Of a DNA stretch of 64,000 nt, positions 38,263 to 51,164 are shown piece by piece. The DNA is from Moniliella sp. 'wahieum' (taxonomy: Eukaryota). The stretch is from positions 558,001 to 622,000 of the forward strand of contig RSEE01000014.1 of NCBI GenBank assembly GCA_003971905.1, in the 5' to 3' direction. Made by a program: the position numbers and the translations under genes. How positions within the stretch are numbered: position 1 is the stretch's first letter; every line of letters begins with the position of its first letter. The notes beneath the pieces are model-generated. The model saw nothing but the letters and a program-made list of their open reading frames with translations. It was not told the DNA's origin and searched no databases.

Positions 38263-39790
38263 CCAAGTCGATGGTCGATGATCTCATCGATGATTGCGGG
38301 CCCCTGGCTGCCACTGTTGAAATTAACCTAATTAATTGGCTCCGCTCTGGAGTAGTCGAAGTGGTGCCCGATCCCGACGTTGAAAGTTGAACTTCAACGT
38401 TGACGCGCTGAACGCCCTAACTCCGTTGAACGTTCCTGGATCGTCACCGTCGTCTTGGACGAACGCGCCCACACCTGCCCGCACCTGCCCACACCCAACT
38501 GCCGCAAGTATGCCACAAGTCTGGCGACGAAGCTGATGGAGACGACATGCGCATATGCGTCCGCAGCATCACCATCTTCCTGTCCCGAACGTAATGGTAT
38601 GATGGTAATCGTAAAGAGCAAGAAGCAACAGCTACCGATGCCCAGTGCCCTCCACCATAATCCCTCCTTTTTGACCCGCTCAACCAAAATCACGTCCTTG
38701 GGGGGGGGTGAATGTAGTGCACCGTATCGAGAAATGCCCACAGCCACTTGGGGGGGGGAAGAAACCCTGGCCAGGGGAGGGCACGGCTAGCCGCAAGCCA
38801 CGACTGCCCCCACCTGAACTCATAACTGCAGAAGATCCAAGAACAGACAGTTGATGGTGCATTGATCGCACATGAGCTACAGAAGAGGCTCAAGATTTTC
38901 CTGCCATCTAGGGAGGAATGCTGGAAGGAATGCACTGGAAGGACCCGGGCTTAGGCTAGTAACCGCGCCACAGTAACCCACGGAAGCCTCCTGGAGTCAT
39001 AACCCAGAAGGGAGAATGAAGGAGAGGAGAGGGTGAGGTTTTGAGGAAGGGTGCAGGCGGGTATGGAACGGATAAGGCCTTATCTATGTATCCGAGGGAA
39101 CCACGGAGCCAAGGGAGCGCCCGGGCGAATGAAAGAGAGAGATGAGGAGTGAGCCTGTCACGAAGGAATATAGCGTGTTGATTAACGAATGATTGGGGTA
39201 TCGCCCAACAGAGATTGTAGTTGGGGGAATCCCACGCTCATGTGTCCGTCTTTTGTGCATCATGTGTTGTGAGATCGAGTCGGGGGCAATCTACACGCAT
39301 CTTCCGAGCGGACGCATCGAATTCGTCCATTCATCGGCCATGGAGCGCAGACTGAGCTTTTAGCGAGAGGTGGTATATGGAACCCCGCTCGAACACCAAA
39401 AGCTGTTCTTCTGACTTTGGGCTATCTTCTCTTGTGGGGCCGATTAACGATTCAAAACGTACACAAACGCCTTCCCGTCATTAATTGAAGAGGCGCAAAA
39501 AGTGACGTTAGTAAGCGGCTGAGCGCTTAGTCTAAGCGCTTAGTTATTGCTGTTTAGCGCTCTGTATAGCGCTGTGGATTGGCGATGCCGTCATCGCGTC
39601 AGCGCTGAGGCTCAGCGCTCATTCAGCCGGCGAAGTGGCGGATCTGATAAGATGGCACGATCAGATCCACTGCCCCCGTACCCCGTTTTTTTGTTTCGCT
39701 GTTCCAGCGCCTGCTCCATGCAGGCGCCGGACACGGCTAGCCTGCTACACCCCAGCCGGAGGATTCCCATATTCAGCCTGAATTCAGCCT

Positions 39791-39806
39791 AAAGCTTATA
39801 AGCTTT
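39791..39806. promoter_or_regulatory. Perfect 16-bp palindrome AAAGCTTATAAGCTTT with a TATA-like core
   Basis: Read directly; about 125 bp upstream of the oxidoreductase ATG and followed by a C/T-rich leader. Confidence 0.55.
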
Positions 39807-39928
39807 TCGGACCTCCGTTTCTTCTTGCGCCCTTTATCTGCAGCCAGCGCTGCTCCAGCTCCATCCATTACCATCACCACCCCCCCACCATTCCCAAACC
39901 ATCCCCAGCCCGCTCCTTTTCGAGCATC

Positions 39929-42246
39929 ATGTCTTCGCACGGCGTAGGCGCGCGCGTTTCATTCCGCCCCGTACTCGCCCCATGCCCCGCCATTCCAGCA
40001 GCGCGTCCTCTTCAGCCCCGTCGACTCGCCCCGTGTCCCCTCGGCTATCCTTCCATCCCGGCCTGGCCGCGTGCTAGCACCCACGCTTCCACCCCGCACG
40101 CCCATGACCACCACATCCGCAATGTAGTTGTTTGTGGCGGGAGCTAGGGGGCATGCACTGTGCTTCCAGTCTGGCTGAGCACCTCCCTCCGGGCTATCGC
40201 GTCATTCTCATCGAGCGCAACAGCCATTTTAATCGTATGTCCGCCTTACCCCCCCCCACCCACCCACCCCCGTTTGACGCCCACTTCTGTACTGAATGCT
40301 GACGTCGCTATGTACAGACCTTTACTGCTTTCCTCGATTTAGTGTCCTACCTGGACATGAACATGAAGCATACATTCCTTACTCATCCATCTACGACAGC
40401 GAAATTCCACCAGAGGAACCTGCTCCTGCGGAAGAGGCATGCTCCCAACAGTCGAGTGAGATTGCCCCCAATCATTCCCAGTCGTACACCAAGCCGAGTG
40501 CCGATGTGACCATTCCCGCAGCCGCCCCAGGGGATGGGTCTTCTTCCGGTGGTGCAGCCACTTTTGATGTGCCGCCCTCTTCGAATGGCATGGGAAACAC
40601 GACTACCACTTCGTACTCATGTTCGGAAGGATCATCGGGTGGAAAGGGGCCCAGTGACGCCGGAAGTACCCCGTCGGGCCTCTCCACGGTCCAGACTAGT
40701 GTCGTGGATGATGACCAGGAAGGTGTATCCCACAAGGAGACTGCATATGATCACCTCCCGACCATGGAGGATGCCGTGGGAGAAGGCGACATGGAGCATC
40801 TCATCGAACTTGATGTCGAACATCTTCGCCTTGCGGCTCCCTTTCAGGTGGCCCACCTGGACGACATTAGCCAGCACCACGGAGCACGCCTAGAGGAGGA
40901 CCTGACGGCCGAGTATGACGAGGGCGAAGATGACGCTGCAGGCGACGAGGAAGACACTGACGCCACACCCCTGCTCACCCGCATTTGGTACTTCAAGCTT
41001 CGGTCACTGAAATTACTCCTACTCATGTCTTGGTCTCCCCTCATGGGGATCAAACGGGCAACGAAGCGGTCCTGAACCAGCTGGGGGAGTCAACTTCCTC
41101 TAGGGGTCTGTGGTCGATCGATCAAGTCTCGATTCCTTACGATTATCTCGTTTATGCGCTTGGCAGCAAGATGCCTGCCCCATTGCGTTCCTCGGTTAAC
41201 ACCAAGGCAGGGGGTATAAGCTGGATGAAGCAGATGCAGAAGCGCATTGTAGATGCCACAAAATGTCATTGTCGGTGGCGGGGCTCTCGGTGTGCAATAT
41301 GCTTTGGACATTGCTACTGTTCATCCAGAGAAGGCTTCTAGCGTGACGCTACTTCACAGTCGCCAACAGTTGTTGCCCAACTTTCACCCCTCGGTCCATG
41401 ACAAGGTTTGCTATCTTCAGGAAGTTGGGGTCAACGTCATTCTTGGGGAGCGTCTGGCACTGGCAGGGGGGTGTCCCATGGGAAGCACGGTGAGCAAGGC
41501 CACGGGCCTGAGAGCCGACAAGATCGACGCTACGTTGCCTCCCACAGAGCAGCCCGTGGACGAGATCAAGCACATTCGCACCACTGCAGGAAGGGAGCTG
41601 CAAGCAGATCTACTTTTGCTCTGCACGGGGCAACAACCTAACAGTGGCCTCTTGGCCTCCTTCTCTCCTTCAAGTGTCGACCCAGCCTCGAGATTGGTGA
41701 AGGTCAGCCGGACACTGCAAGTGCAAGCATCGGACCCAGTAGGCGTTGCAGCGCCTGGACCGTTCGAATTCACCCCTCCTTGTGGTGACTGCGACTGCTT
41801 TGTTGAAAGAAAGACAGGCGGTGAGCATCCTCATCTTGAGCCGAGGTCTCCTCAACATGCGCAGATGGAAGCTGAAAAGGTCCTTTCCCGAGTTTACGCC
41901 ATTGGCGATGTGGCGGATGCGTTTGGAGCGATCAATGCTGGCTACCAAGCCTGGAGTATGGCTGAAGTAGCCGCGCGCAACATTGTTCGCCAAATTCGTG
42001 CGCAAGAAGATGGAAAGCCCCCCAAAGGCCAACAAGCCCAATTGGCGGTGGAGGAGGCACTGGAACACTTTAACCCTCAACCGCCGATGCTTAAGCTTAG
42101 TTTGGGCTTGGGGTCCATGGTTTTCCAAGGCTTGCCAGGTGAGAACGGTGAGCCCAACGTCGAGGTCCGTGACGATCCGGAAGACCTGCAGGTCAAGTCG
42201 GTGGCGTTTTATGGCCAAGTCGAGCACACAAGACATGCACCGCTGA
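39929..42246 (+). CDS. AIF/AMID (FSP1)-like FAD-dependent pyridine nucleotide-disulfide oxidoreductase with a long acidic/Ser-rich insert; intron about 40236-40318; several indels
   Basis: NVVVCGGS(Y)GG...RVILIERNSHFNH, FPRFSVLPGHEH, PYDYLVYALGS, VIVGGGALGVQYA, LLCTGQQPNS and VYAIGDVAD. Confidence 0.9.
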
Positions 42247-43327
42247 TTAGAAGGAGACACATGCTTCCTTCCCATCATTTCCTACGATTCATTAGGGATA
42301 CCCCACATGCACTTTGGGTGTCTGTTGTCCTCAACACACCGATCCTTTCATGCCGCCCATTGATTTACCCTCTGTTCATCCATTCATCATCCCGTACTTC
42401 GAGGTCATCTCGATCATTGTTCATCGAACTCTCCGTTACCTTTTCAAGCATACTGTTTTCATGCACGTGTGGTTCAATGTGTCTACTGTCCTCTCCCGGT
42501 CCTCACACTGTAAGGATCAGGTGATCAGAGTGGCGCACGCTCATACCGCTCTCCGAGATGCCTTTCCCCTCTTCTCTGCCCTTTCCTTCCCCGACGCTTC
42601 GCAGTTGCCGGTGACATCTGGCGGAGTGTTAGCCGTCGTTTTGCACCAGCTCGTCGTAGCAACTCGTAGTATCCCCATTCCATCATTGGCATCTGTTCCA
42701 TTCCACATCATTTGCGTGGGACGAGATGTATAGATCGCTATAGCAGTATCGAGTGTGTTGGAAGGGGCATTATGGTGATCGAAGTGACGAGGCAGGGGGC
42801 GAGAGACAACAACAAACGAGACCGGGCGGCACGCGGGTGGTGCGTTGGACGAAGCGGTGTGGTTGCAAGCGCCTCTCGCCGCGCTCAGCCTGACACAGTT
42901 GGTCGGAAGCAGGGCTACCAATCCAGAACCGCTCGCCTCACCTGATCGGCTACGGTATATGGGCGGCGGCCGAAGTCCGACTTGTGTGGTGACTAGTGAC
43001 TATCACAGGCCTCAGTGACTAACTGGCTGGCGCGGGAGACGTGGCGAGCCGGCAAGCGTGGCGCCAATGCAGCGCACGGGGCCAGTGTGGAACCGGCGGG
43101 CGGCGGGGCAGGAGCGGGGCTGTGTAGGGTTTTTCCCGAGCGGCTGCAGCAGCGCGGGTGGCCGGTCAGGTGACCGTCACTGGTGGCCGCAGACGGCCGC
43201 CCCCCCCGTGATCGATGACATCAGCAGCCCAAGACCTAACCCACCCACGCTGCCACCCACAGCGCCGCCCCCGCCGCGCCCGCCCAGCTCCCAGCTCCCC
43301 GCTCCCAGCCCCGGCGCCCTCCCCGCC

Positions 43328-46300
43328 ATGTCTGCGCCCATGGCCGGCATCTCCCTCACCACGCGCTTTCTCCGGCTCGTCCGCCGACTGGTACGCCGCC
43401 CCGCCGCTGCCACCCGCCGCCGCCGCCTCTCCGTCCCCCCCGCCATCGGCATCACGCCGCCAGCTCGCCCCCTCGCCCTCCTTCCACACCGCCCCGCCTC
43501 CTCCCCCTCCCCCCTTCCGTCCATCTCCCCCTCCGCCTGCATCCGCCGCGCCCCCCCTTCCGCCCCTCCCACAGCGTTTCCATCCGGACCAGCCCTTGGG
43601 GCTGACCTGGCCCTGCCCAGCATGAGTGCTATCGGTGTTGGCATCCCAGGTCCTCCCAGCTCGACCTCGGCCAGCACCGCCACCACCAATGTTGCCGGTG
43701 CCGGTGCCAATGGGAAGGTCTCCAGCCGTGCCCGTGTGGTTTCGCCCGTGTTCAATGTCGCTTTCCTCCCGCTCCCCATTTGCCTCCGCACCCGCGGCGG
43801 CGTCAACGTCGGCTGGCCCACCTTTGTCCACCCCCGCCTTGCGCAGTACCTCAGCATCGAACCAACTTGCTCCTGTCTATTCCGACTCCGAAACCTCTGG
43901 TGGGGTTAGCCGCGACTCGTCGCCGCCACCCGATGGCGAGGTTCAGGCGCGCGCCGAATGGGAGCAGAGACAGCTGCTTAAGACCAAAGCCAAGTCTTCC
44001 TCTTCCCGCACCGCCACGAGGGCGTCCATCTCACCAGGTAGAGACGGGGCCGGATCCCCCATCATGTCCCGCATGCGCTGGGGTCACCCACGTGACCGCG
44101 ACCGTGCTGAAGTGATGCCAACGAACGTGCCTGTGGCCCAAACTGCCGGGCCCCGACCCCTTCCTCCCGATCAAGTATTCGCAGCCGCTGACCCCTCGGT
44201 CCTGGATGGCTCAATGGGTGTTGTTACTATGGTCGGCGAAGGTGCACCGCGGGCTACCACCCCTGGCCGGCCTTGGCAATCAGTCCCTAATCCTTACATG
44301 GCGCCCACTCCCGATCCGGATCGGGACGCTCCCCTCCTGCCACCAACAAGTAGCCTCCCGGTAGCAGTGGGCGTGGCGGTCACGACACCTCGCAAGGAAA
44401 GCCTGGACATTCCCATGTCCACCTCGCCTCTGACACGCCCTCAACTCCTCCCCCTCCGGTTCCAGAGAAGGATGCGCCCCGAGCCCATCAATCTACCTCC
44501 CCCCCTTTGGGCTCCCCACAGGAGCTGTCTGGCATCCAGGCTAACCCAGAGCTCGCTGGACGGGCAAGGCGGACTCGGTCAGGTTCGCGGGAGCAGCCTA
44601 ACGTTGTTTCCTGGCCAGGCCCACCTACGGGGGCTGGTGGGGCTGGGCTGACGACTCAGCAGCTCCAGAAGCAACAGGCCAAGGAGCAACGCCGCTCGGT
44701 GGCTGCTATGGGTCGCGCCGGACCCTATGGTGCCATGAGTATGGGAAGTATGCGTGGTGCATTGGCAGAGAATGGGCCGTACCCAGTGTTTGGACCGCCA
44801 GGCGGCAGCTCAGGGCATGCCAAACTTACGCCAGCGGCGCTCAAGTACGCGATTTCTCTCCAAGCCCGCCACACTCCTGTTGCACCTTACGAGCTACCAT
44901 CGGGTGCCCTTTTCCCAGCACCCGCTTATCTTTCCGCGTTGCTGACGGGGCTTGCGAGTGATCCGCCTCCTCCTCCGGATGCTGTACTGGGTCCAAAGGG
45001 GGAAGCTGTCTTTTTCGGTCTGCTGCCGCAGCGGACGATGGTCGCGCCTTTTGAGATCCAGGCTGCTAAGAAACGTGACGCTCTATCACTGTATGGCTCA
45101 TGGCCACCCCCCTCCTCCCGCTACTGAAGAGTCTGCAAGTGACCCGGATAAGCCCAAGTCTGGTCGGGACGAGGCATGCCTAGAGTGTCTGATGCGGGAT
45201 CAGGACGTGATCGATATAATTGTCTCTGGGCCTCACGTATGGGACCGTCCATCGGATGCTGAGTGGTGGGCCACCTGTGCGGCGGAAGAGAAGCTGGATG
45301 CTCAATGCTTACAAGGCCTTGTTGGCTACACTTCGGGAGGAGAGTCCCTATCACACCCCCTCGGCCAGCCATTCGAACGGATCCTCGGTACCATGGCGCG
45401 CTCGATGACCGACTCGGGCGCAAGCGAGGAAGAGGGACTGCAGCAATCGGCCAGCCTGGCCCACGTGCGTGCTTTACGCTCTCGTCTCAAGGTCAAGCAA
45501 ATTCGAAAAGGAGAGCGCCTGACTCTTGAAGCCCTGAAGCGGCACACCCAGATGGTATGTTTTTTTTTCCTCTCTATCGAAGCAGGCAGCTGACCGAACG
45601 TCACACCAGAACATCCCCGCCACCTCGCATCGCCAGAAGACCCTGCAAGCCTATTTGGCTGACCAGGCTCGCTATTTGGCTGAGGCCCAAGCTCTTTCTC
45701 AATCCCAGGCCCATCCGCCCACCCAATCAACTCACCAACCTGATGTCGGGAGCATCGCAAGTGACCGCTCTGGTGTGCGGATGAGCGGTACCAGTCCTTA
45801 CACCACCCTTGGGGAATCGAGTATGATAATGTGGTCCTGCGCAAAAGCCCTTCTTCGCTCTCCCGCCCCCTTACTGCCCAAAAGGCCCATCTTCCGCCAC
45901 TCACCAGTGGGGCACCTCGGAGGATCGTTCATGAGCTGACTCTGGACGAGGCTGAGAGGAGGGAAAAGGAGCGGGACATTGCACTGGCTCAACAGGCACG
46001 CACCAAGTTGACCAGAGGAGGGAGTGATCCCGAATGGCCCCAAACGCCTATGTCTGACGCATCGAAGGTGGGCCCCGCTCTGTCTCAGCCCAGCTTTCAA
46101 GGGCGTACGATGGGGACGATCTAACGCCGCCCGTCGCACCATTTGCTCCTCACTCATCTGCTCCTGGGAGCCCCTCCAGTCTGGGACCACCACGGGGGTC
46201 TTGGCCGTCTCCTCTTCCTGGCTCTGGGGTACCCGTCAGCGCTAGCCGCTTGGGCACCTCACCCGCTCCTTCTGCCTCTCTCCTTGCTGGACATGCACGT

Positions 46301-47681
46301 CGCCTTGTCATCTTCGGAGCGCAGACTAACCCCGCCTGCCCCATCTGCTTTGGCCACTCAAGCGCAGGCTCAAGCACAGACTCAAGCACCGTTGCAGTCT
46401 CAGTTTTCTCCTTCCTCATCGGGACGTCCGAAAACTCAAGGTCAATTCACTCCTATCTCGAGTCCTTACATGTACGGTGCCAATTCTCTCTCCGATCCGG
46501 TTCGTGCGCCTCACCCCTCCAGCTCGCTCGTCGCCCCTGAGCTTTCTACCGCACGGAGCCCCCCAAGGACCGTTGGGACGGGGAAGAAGAAGAAAGGATG
46601 GAGGGCTCTTTTTGGCCGGGGAAAACACACCCCTACCTCTGCCCCTGCTCTTGCCCCGATGCCTACTCCAGGTATGAGCCAACACGGGACAAATGGGCAC
46701 CTCTACACGTCAGCCTCCGATGTGGACCTTCTTCAGCCTTCTCTTCTCCAGCACCTCCAAACCCTTCCTCGCCCGAATGGGATGACTTGTCGCCTCCTCA
46801 CGCCCCGGCCTTGACGGGATGGATCCAACGAGCACGGCGCTCGACGGCTTCGCTCTCAAACCTGCTCGAGCGGGAACGAGAGCCTCGAGACAAGGAGGCG
46901 AAGGAAAGGGAGGATAACCAGGCTGCGCGCTCCTGGACAAAATCGTCAACCATGTTGCTGCCCGACCGGCGTTGGCCTGGTCACCCACATGCGACCATGC
47001 CATCTGCTGGTTCCAACAACCAAACGCCAACGCTCAGCGTCCCTTCTACCCTAGCGACCAGGGCGGCGCAGGGGAGGATTGCGCCCTTCCCCCCTCAAGA
47101 AGTGGGGGTACCCTGCGCTTGCCATCGTTCGTGGCCCAGGGACAGCCATGGCCGGCCCAGTCACGGGGTCGACTTCCATGTTTGGTTCAGCGTCACCACT
47201 GCTGCCCCCTGAGGAGTCATTGGAAGGGGCGAGGGACCGACATCGCTCTTGGTTGGCGCCGCAAGCACGTGCCCAAGTGCCTTGGGTGTGCCCATGTCCA
47301 TGCCCAAGGGGCACTGCAGGCGCCGCATGGCGGCCACCGTTCCCTGGCCAGGGCGTGTCCGGCGTGTCCGGCGTCTCAGCGGCGCCTCAGGTGTCGGCAA
47401 TGGGTTCTTCCTCGTTGTCCTCCCTTCCGCCCACGCAACCTTGGCGCCTATCACCACTGCCCACGCGGGACCGGCTGCCGTTCCACCTCTGGTCGGGGAG
47501 AGGCTCCCTTCCACCGCGTTGTCCCCCGGGGTTTCCTCAGGAGGACGACGCGCGAGCCCGCACCGAAATCGCTCCTGCCCAAGCTTCCCTTTGGACGCAA
47601 ACGGGACTCGATGGCCGTCGAGCCATATTAGACATGTTTGATTCGCTCCCAACCCAACCGTTTCTCCCTGGCTCTCGTTGA
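43328..47681 (+). CDS. Large Pro/Ser-rich, mostly disordered protein with a conserved-looking CLECLMRD segment; start may be 43622; intron about 45554-45610; multiple indels
   Basis: A chain of overlapping + strand ORFs with consistent composition; EACLECLMRDQDVIDIIVSGPHVWDRPSD and LTLEALKRHTQM|NIP resemble uncharacterised basidiomycete proteins. Confidence 0.6.
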
Positions 47682-50600
47682 GGCCTCTCGTCCTGGTCTC
47701 CTTCCCTCTTGACTTTTTCTTACCCACTTTGCACTTGGTCCCCCACCCATCCTCTCCTCCCCACCTAGCGTACGTTTTGTCCCACCTTGCCCCGTCCATC
47801 CGTTTTGTCTGCCCCAGTCGGGGAGGAGAGAGGATGGGCTTTGTTACGGTTTCAAGGCACTCCCCACTGGCTCGCTAGGATTCACAGCCTGGCCAATCTC
47901 CGATCGCACATCCTCAATCCAAGGACGTTGGTTGTATGGTTGTCCTCATCCGTAGCGGGTTCAGTCTCGACCGAGCCTGGACCGCCGGCTTTCGCCGCCG
48001 CCTCCTCTCTTCAGAGATCCTGTAGCCCCAAAGATGGCAGTACGCGCTGCCCCCTCTTTTGACAGCGGCAGGCGCCCATACGCCCTCACTCGTCTTAGGC
48101 CCTCATTCGCATGCGACAGCGGTCGGCTGGATTCCCAGCGCGTTCAAGCTTCACCCATTTCGAAATCAGAGCAGGGCTGGCTGGGCGGGTGCCTGTGGCC
48201 CACCGAGCGCGAGAGAAAGCTGGTGGCCTGGTCTTGTCATCCAAGCGGAGTGGGGGGTTCACCTCTTTGGAGATGCAACACCGCAGGATGCACCTGGTCC
48301 CACAGAGCGCGCACAACAGGCTTGGCCATATCCTGCGGATCAGATGGGCAATCGTTTGCCTCGATTCAGGAACTTGAGTCGCAATGGCCAAACCGAGAAC
48401 TCGAGGGAAGCGATTGCCCTAGTAGCCAGGCATATAGGAGCTTCATTTTGTTGGAAGCAGTTGAACGAAGACGGCTCTTGGTACAAGGCTACAGATGCTT
48501 CTTGGTGCCATGTCAGGAAGGGGGGGGGGTTGCGCAGAGCTGCTGCGACTGCCACCGCGCGTATGTGCACGTTTGGAGGGTGAAGCGGGTTCCATGTTCC
48601 TGCCTACTATACTACACTTGGCGAATGCGATACACTTCGGTGAGTTGGTGGACGGGTGTAAGACCAGACGAACCGGCAAGAGTTGGGTGATGAACCTCTG
48701 TGGTAATCCAAGCAATGCAATCGATGGTGGTGGTTAAGGTCTAAGCTCTAAGCCTTATGCCACACCTAGAGGAGACAGGGGTTCAAACAAGCCTGAGCAT
48801 ACACGGGGAGGCTTCGGAGGTCAAATAAGAGGCAACGGGTGATACTCGAAAAAGTGCTTTGGCTATGTACGGGACTGCGAGTCCCCACAACGGGGGAGAC
48901 AAGCTCGTTGCAGTCATAGTATCATTTACAGATGAGCGTAACAGTGGGACGCAGGGAGGTCTGTGCTTAAACCGTCCCCTCTGGCATCTGGCGTGTGCGT
49001 ATGTTGGCGCCAACCCGTTTAGGAAACCAAGGGAGCCGCCAGCAAGTCAGAGGACGCTATGACGCCCGCCATTTGTTTCCAACCCCGGGGTGGCGCGCTT
49101 GGATACGAATGAGCGTGGCAGGCGTCCAAGCAGTGAAGTAGCATATCTCGTCCATGATGGTACTCTCATCAGTTAATTCTTTGCAATGCATTGTAACCTC
49201 GCGTCGTCATAACCAGGGGGAAGGATGTTGGTTCGTGAGCGCGGCCCTTGGCACTTGAGGTTCTTGTCGCATTCCGCGTTTGATTCATCAATCGAACAAG
49301 CAGATCCTTCTCCCGACGTTCCGAAGGCGTTGCGGCAGTGCTCTCGTTAGCAGCGCTACTCCACCCTCCGATACGCAAACATCGCCTCCCGTAGTGCCAC
49401 CGAGCCCCACACCGTTCAAGTGGGGCCGGTCAAGCTTCAAGCTTCAAGCTCCACTGGCGCAGTACAGTTTTCGCAGCCCACGGAAAGGAGGCCTGCTAAG
49501 GCCGATATGGAGCAAGCAAAACCTACGCCTCTCAAACCAAGACCCCGCCTCTACAGCTCATTAAGCTCATTGACGGCCAAGTCGATCACCGGGTTGACCC
49601 CCGATGCCCCTGTGAGGTGACGCATAAAAGCGTAACGCGTAGAGAATGCAGGCATCAGTATGTGTGGATGTAGATGGTGAGTGACTAGTGACTAGTGAGC
49701 TCTGCGCAATGGCCGACACGTATTGCGCGATATCACTCCCCAGGACGTTGGTACCATATAGCGGGGACAAGATGCAGCAGGAGGGAATAGGGGAAATCGC
49801 CGACAATCGAGATGCTCGTCTGGGATCGCTGGTGTGTGCCCAGCGCCCATCGCCGATGGGTTGGCACCCAAAACGCGCGCTTTTCTCCCCACGGTCTCAT
49901 TCCCATCAACCATCGAAACCATCGCGCCAGCGCGTCAGCGCTCAGCGTCATCGATCACCGATCACCGGTTTTCCGTCCCCACAGCGTTCCCAACCCCCGC
50001 CGGCAGATCACCGACATGATGATCAAACGTCCTGCCTCCTGAGCCATGTGCGGGCCAATGCGCGTGGGGACGTGGTGGGCGCGCGGGGAGGATGGGACGG
50101 GGAACGGTGGAAGGGCAGGATCGTGGATGTCGGATGGGGCGGGTGCGGCGCGGGTGGCAGGCGAGGCCCCCGCAGCCAGCGTATTTCCGCACATGGAGAT
50201 GGTGTGGGGCATGCCAGCCGCACATGGCAGCGCAAAAGGCGCCGCAGCGCTCGCGTGCGTTCTAAGGGCGGCGGGTGACCGGTGAAGGTCTGCGGGGGTA
50301 AGCGGCAACCGGCAACGGGTAACCGGTGAGGCTCACACCTCTGCTTGGGGCCAAGGGGTGGAGGAGGGCAGGGGTTCTGCGTGGAGGATCTGCGCGGGGG
50401 CTGATGCATGGGGTGTGCATGTGATTCATGGGATGCGATGTGATGCATGGATGCATGGATGCTGGGCTGGGCTGCGGGTGGGCCGCATTGGATATTGGCC
50501 AGGCCAGTGGTTGGTGTGGCTGGCCATTAACCAGTGGGCATGCAAGCCAGTGCGAGCGACGCGTGCGCCTGGCTCTTGCTGGTGTTGGCAGCGTGCTTCG

Positions 50601-51164
50601 CTGGTCGCATCGGGCAGACGCAGGGCACGGGGGCTGTGTGCGGCTGCGGCTGGCGCCAGCGGGACAAGCCGGGCCCAGGGCGGGGGGGACAGCATCGGCC
50701 GCAGTGGCGCTGTGCCTGCGGCTGGGGCGCGTGGGATGCGTCAGCGCTCCAGAGCTTCCGCTGCAGCCGCAGATGCATCTGGGCAGCGGGCGCTGCGGGC
50801 GGCGAATATACTAGTCACTAGTCACTCGTCACTCACACTCCAGCATTCGGTTGAATAGTTGAATTGAGACGTTGAGCAAGCACGCCCAGCACACGTGCCA
50901 CGAGCCAAGCGTGCCTTATCTGCCACCGCTACTTTTATTGGTGCGGTCGAGCCCCTAACCCTCCGTCCCCCTCCTCCCTTTCCTCCACCCTCCACCCACC
51001 CCCCCCCCCCCAGCTATGGCCATCATACGCACCGCCACAGCCTAAACGGCGCCTCCTCTCCTCCACCCAGCAGCTGCCCCCACGCCGTCCATCTCGCTTC
51101 CCGCGTCCCTTCCGTCGCCTCCCACCCAGCCCTCCCACTCCCCCCACCTCCCCCTACAGCAACC

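Noticed and set aside
47800..50800. Numerous 60-220 aa ORFs in the GC-rich interval
   Set aside because: Arg/Gly/Ala-rich random-looking translations typical of GC-rich non-coding DNA.
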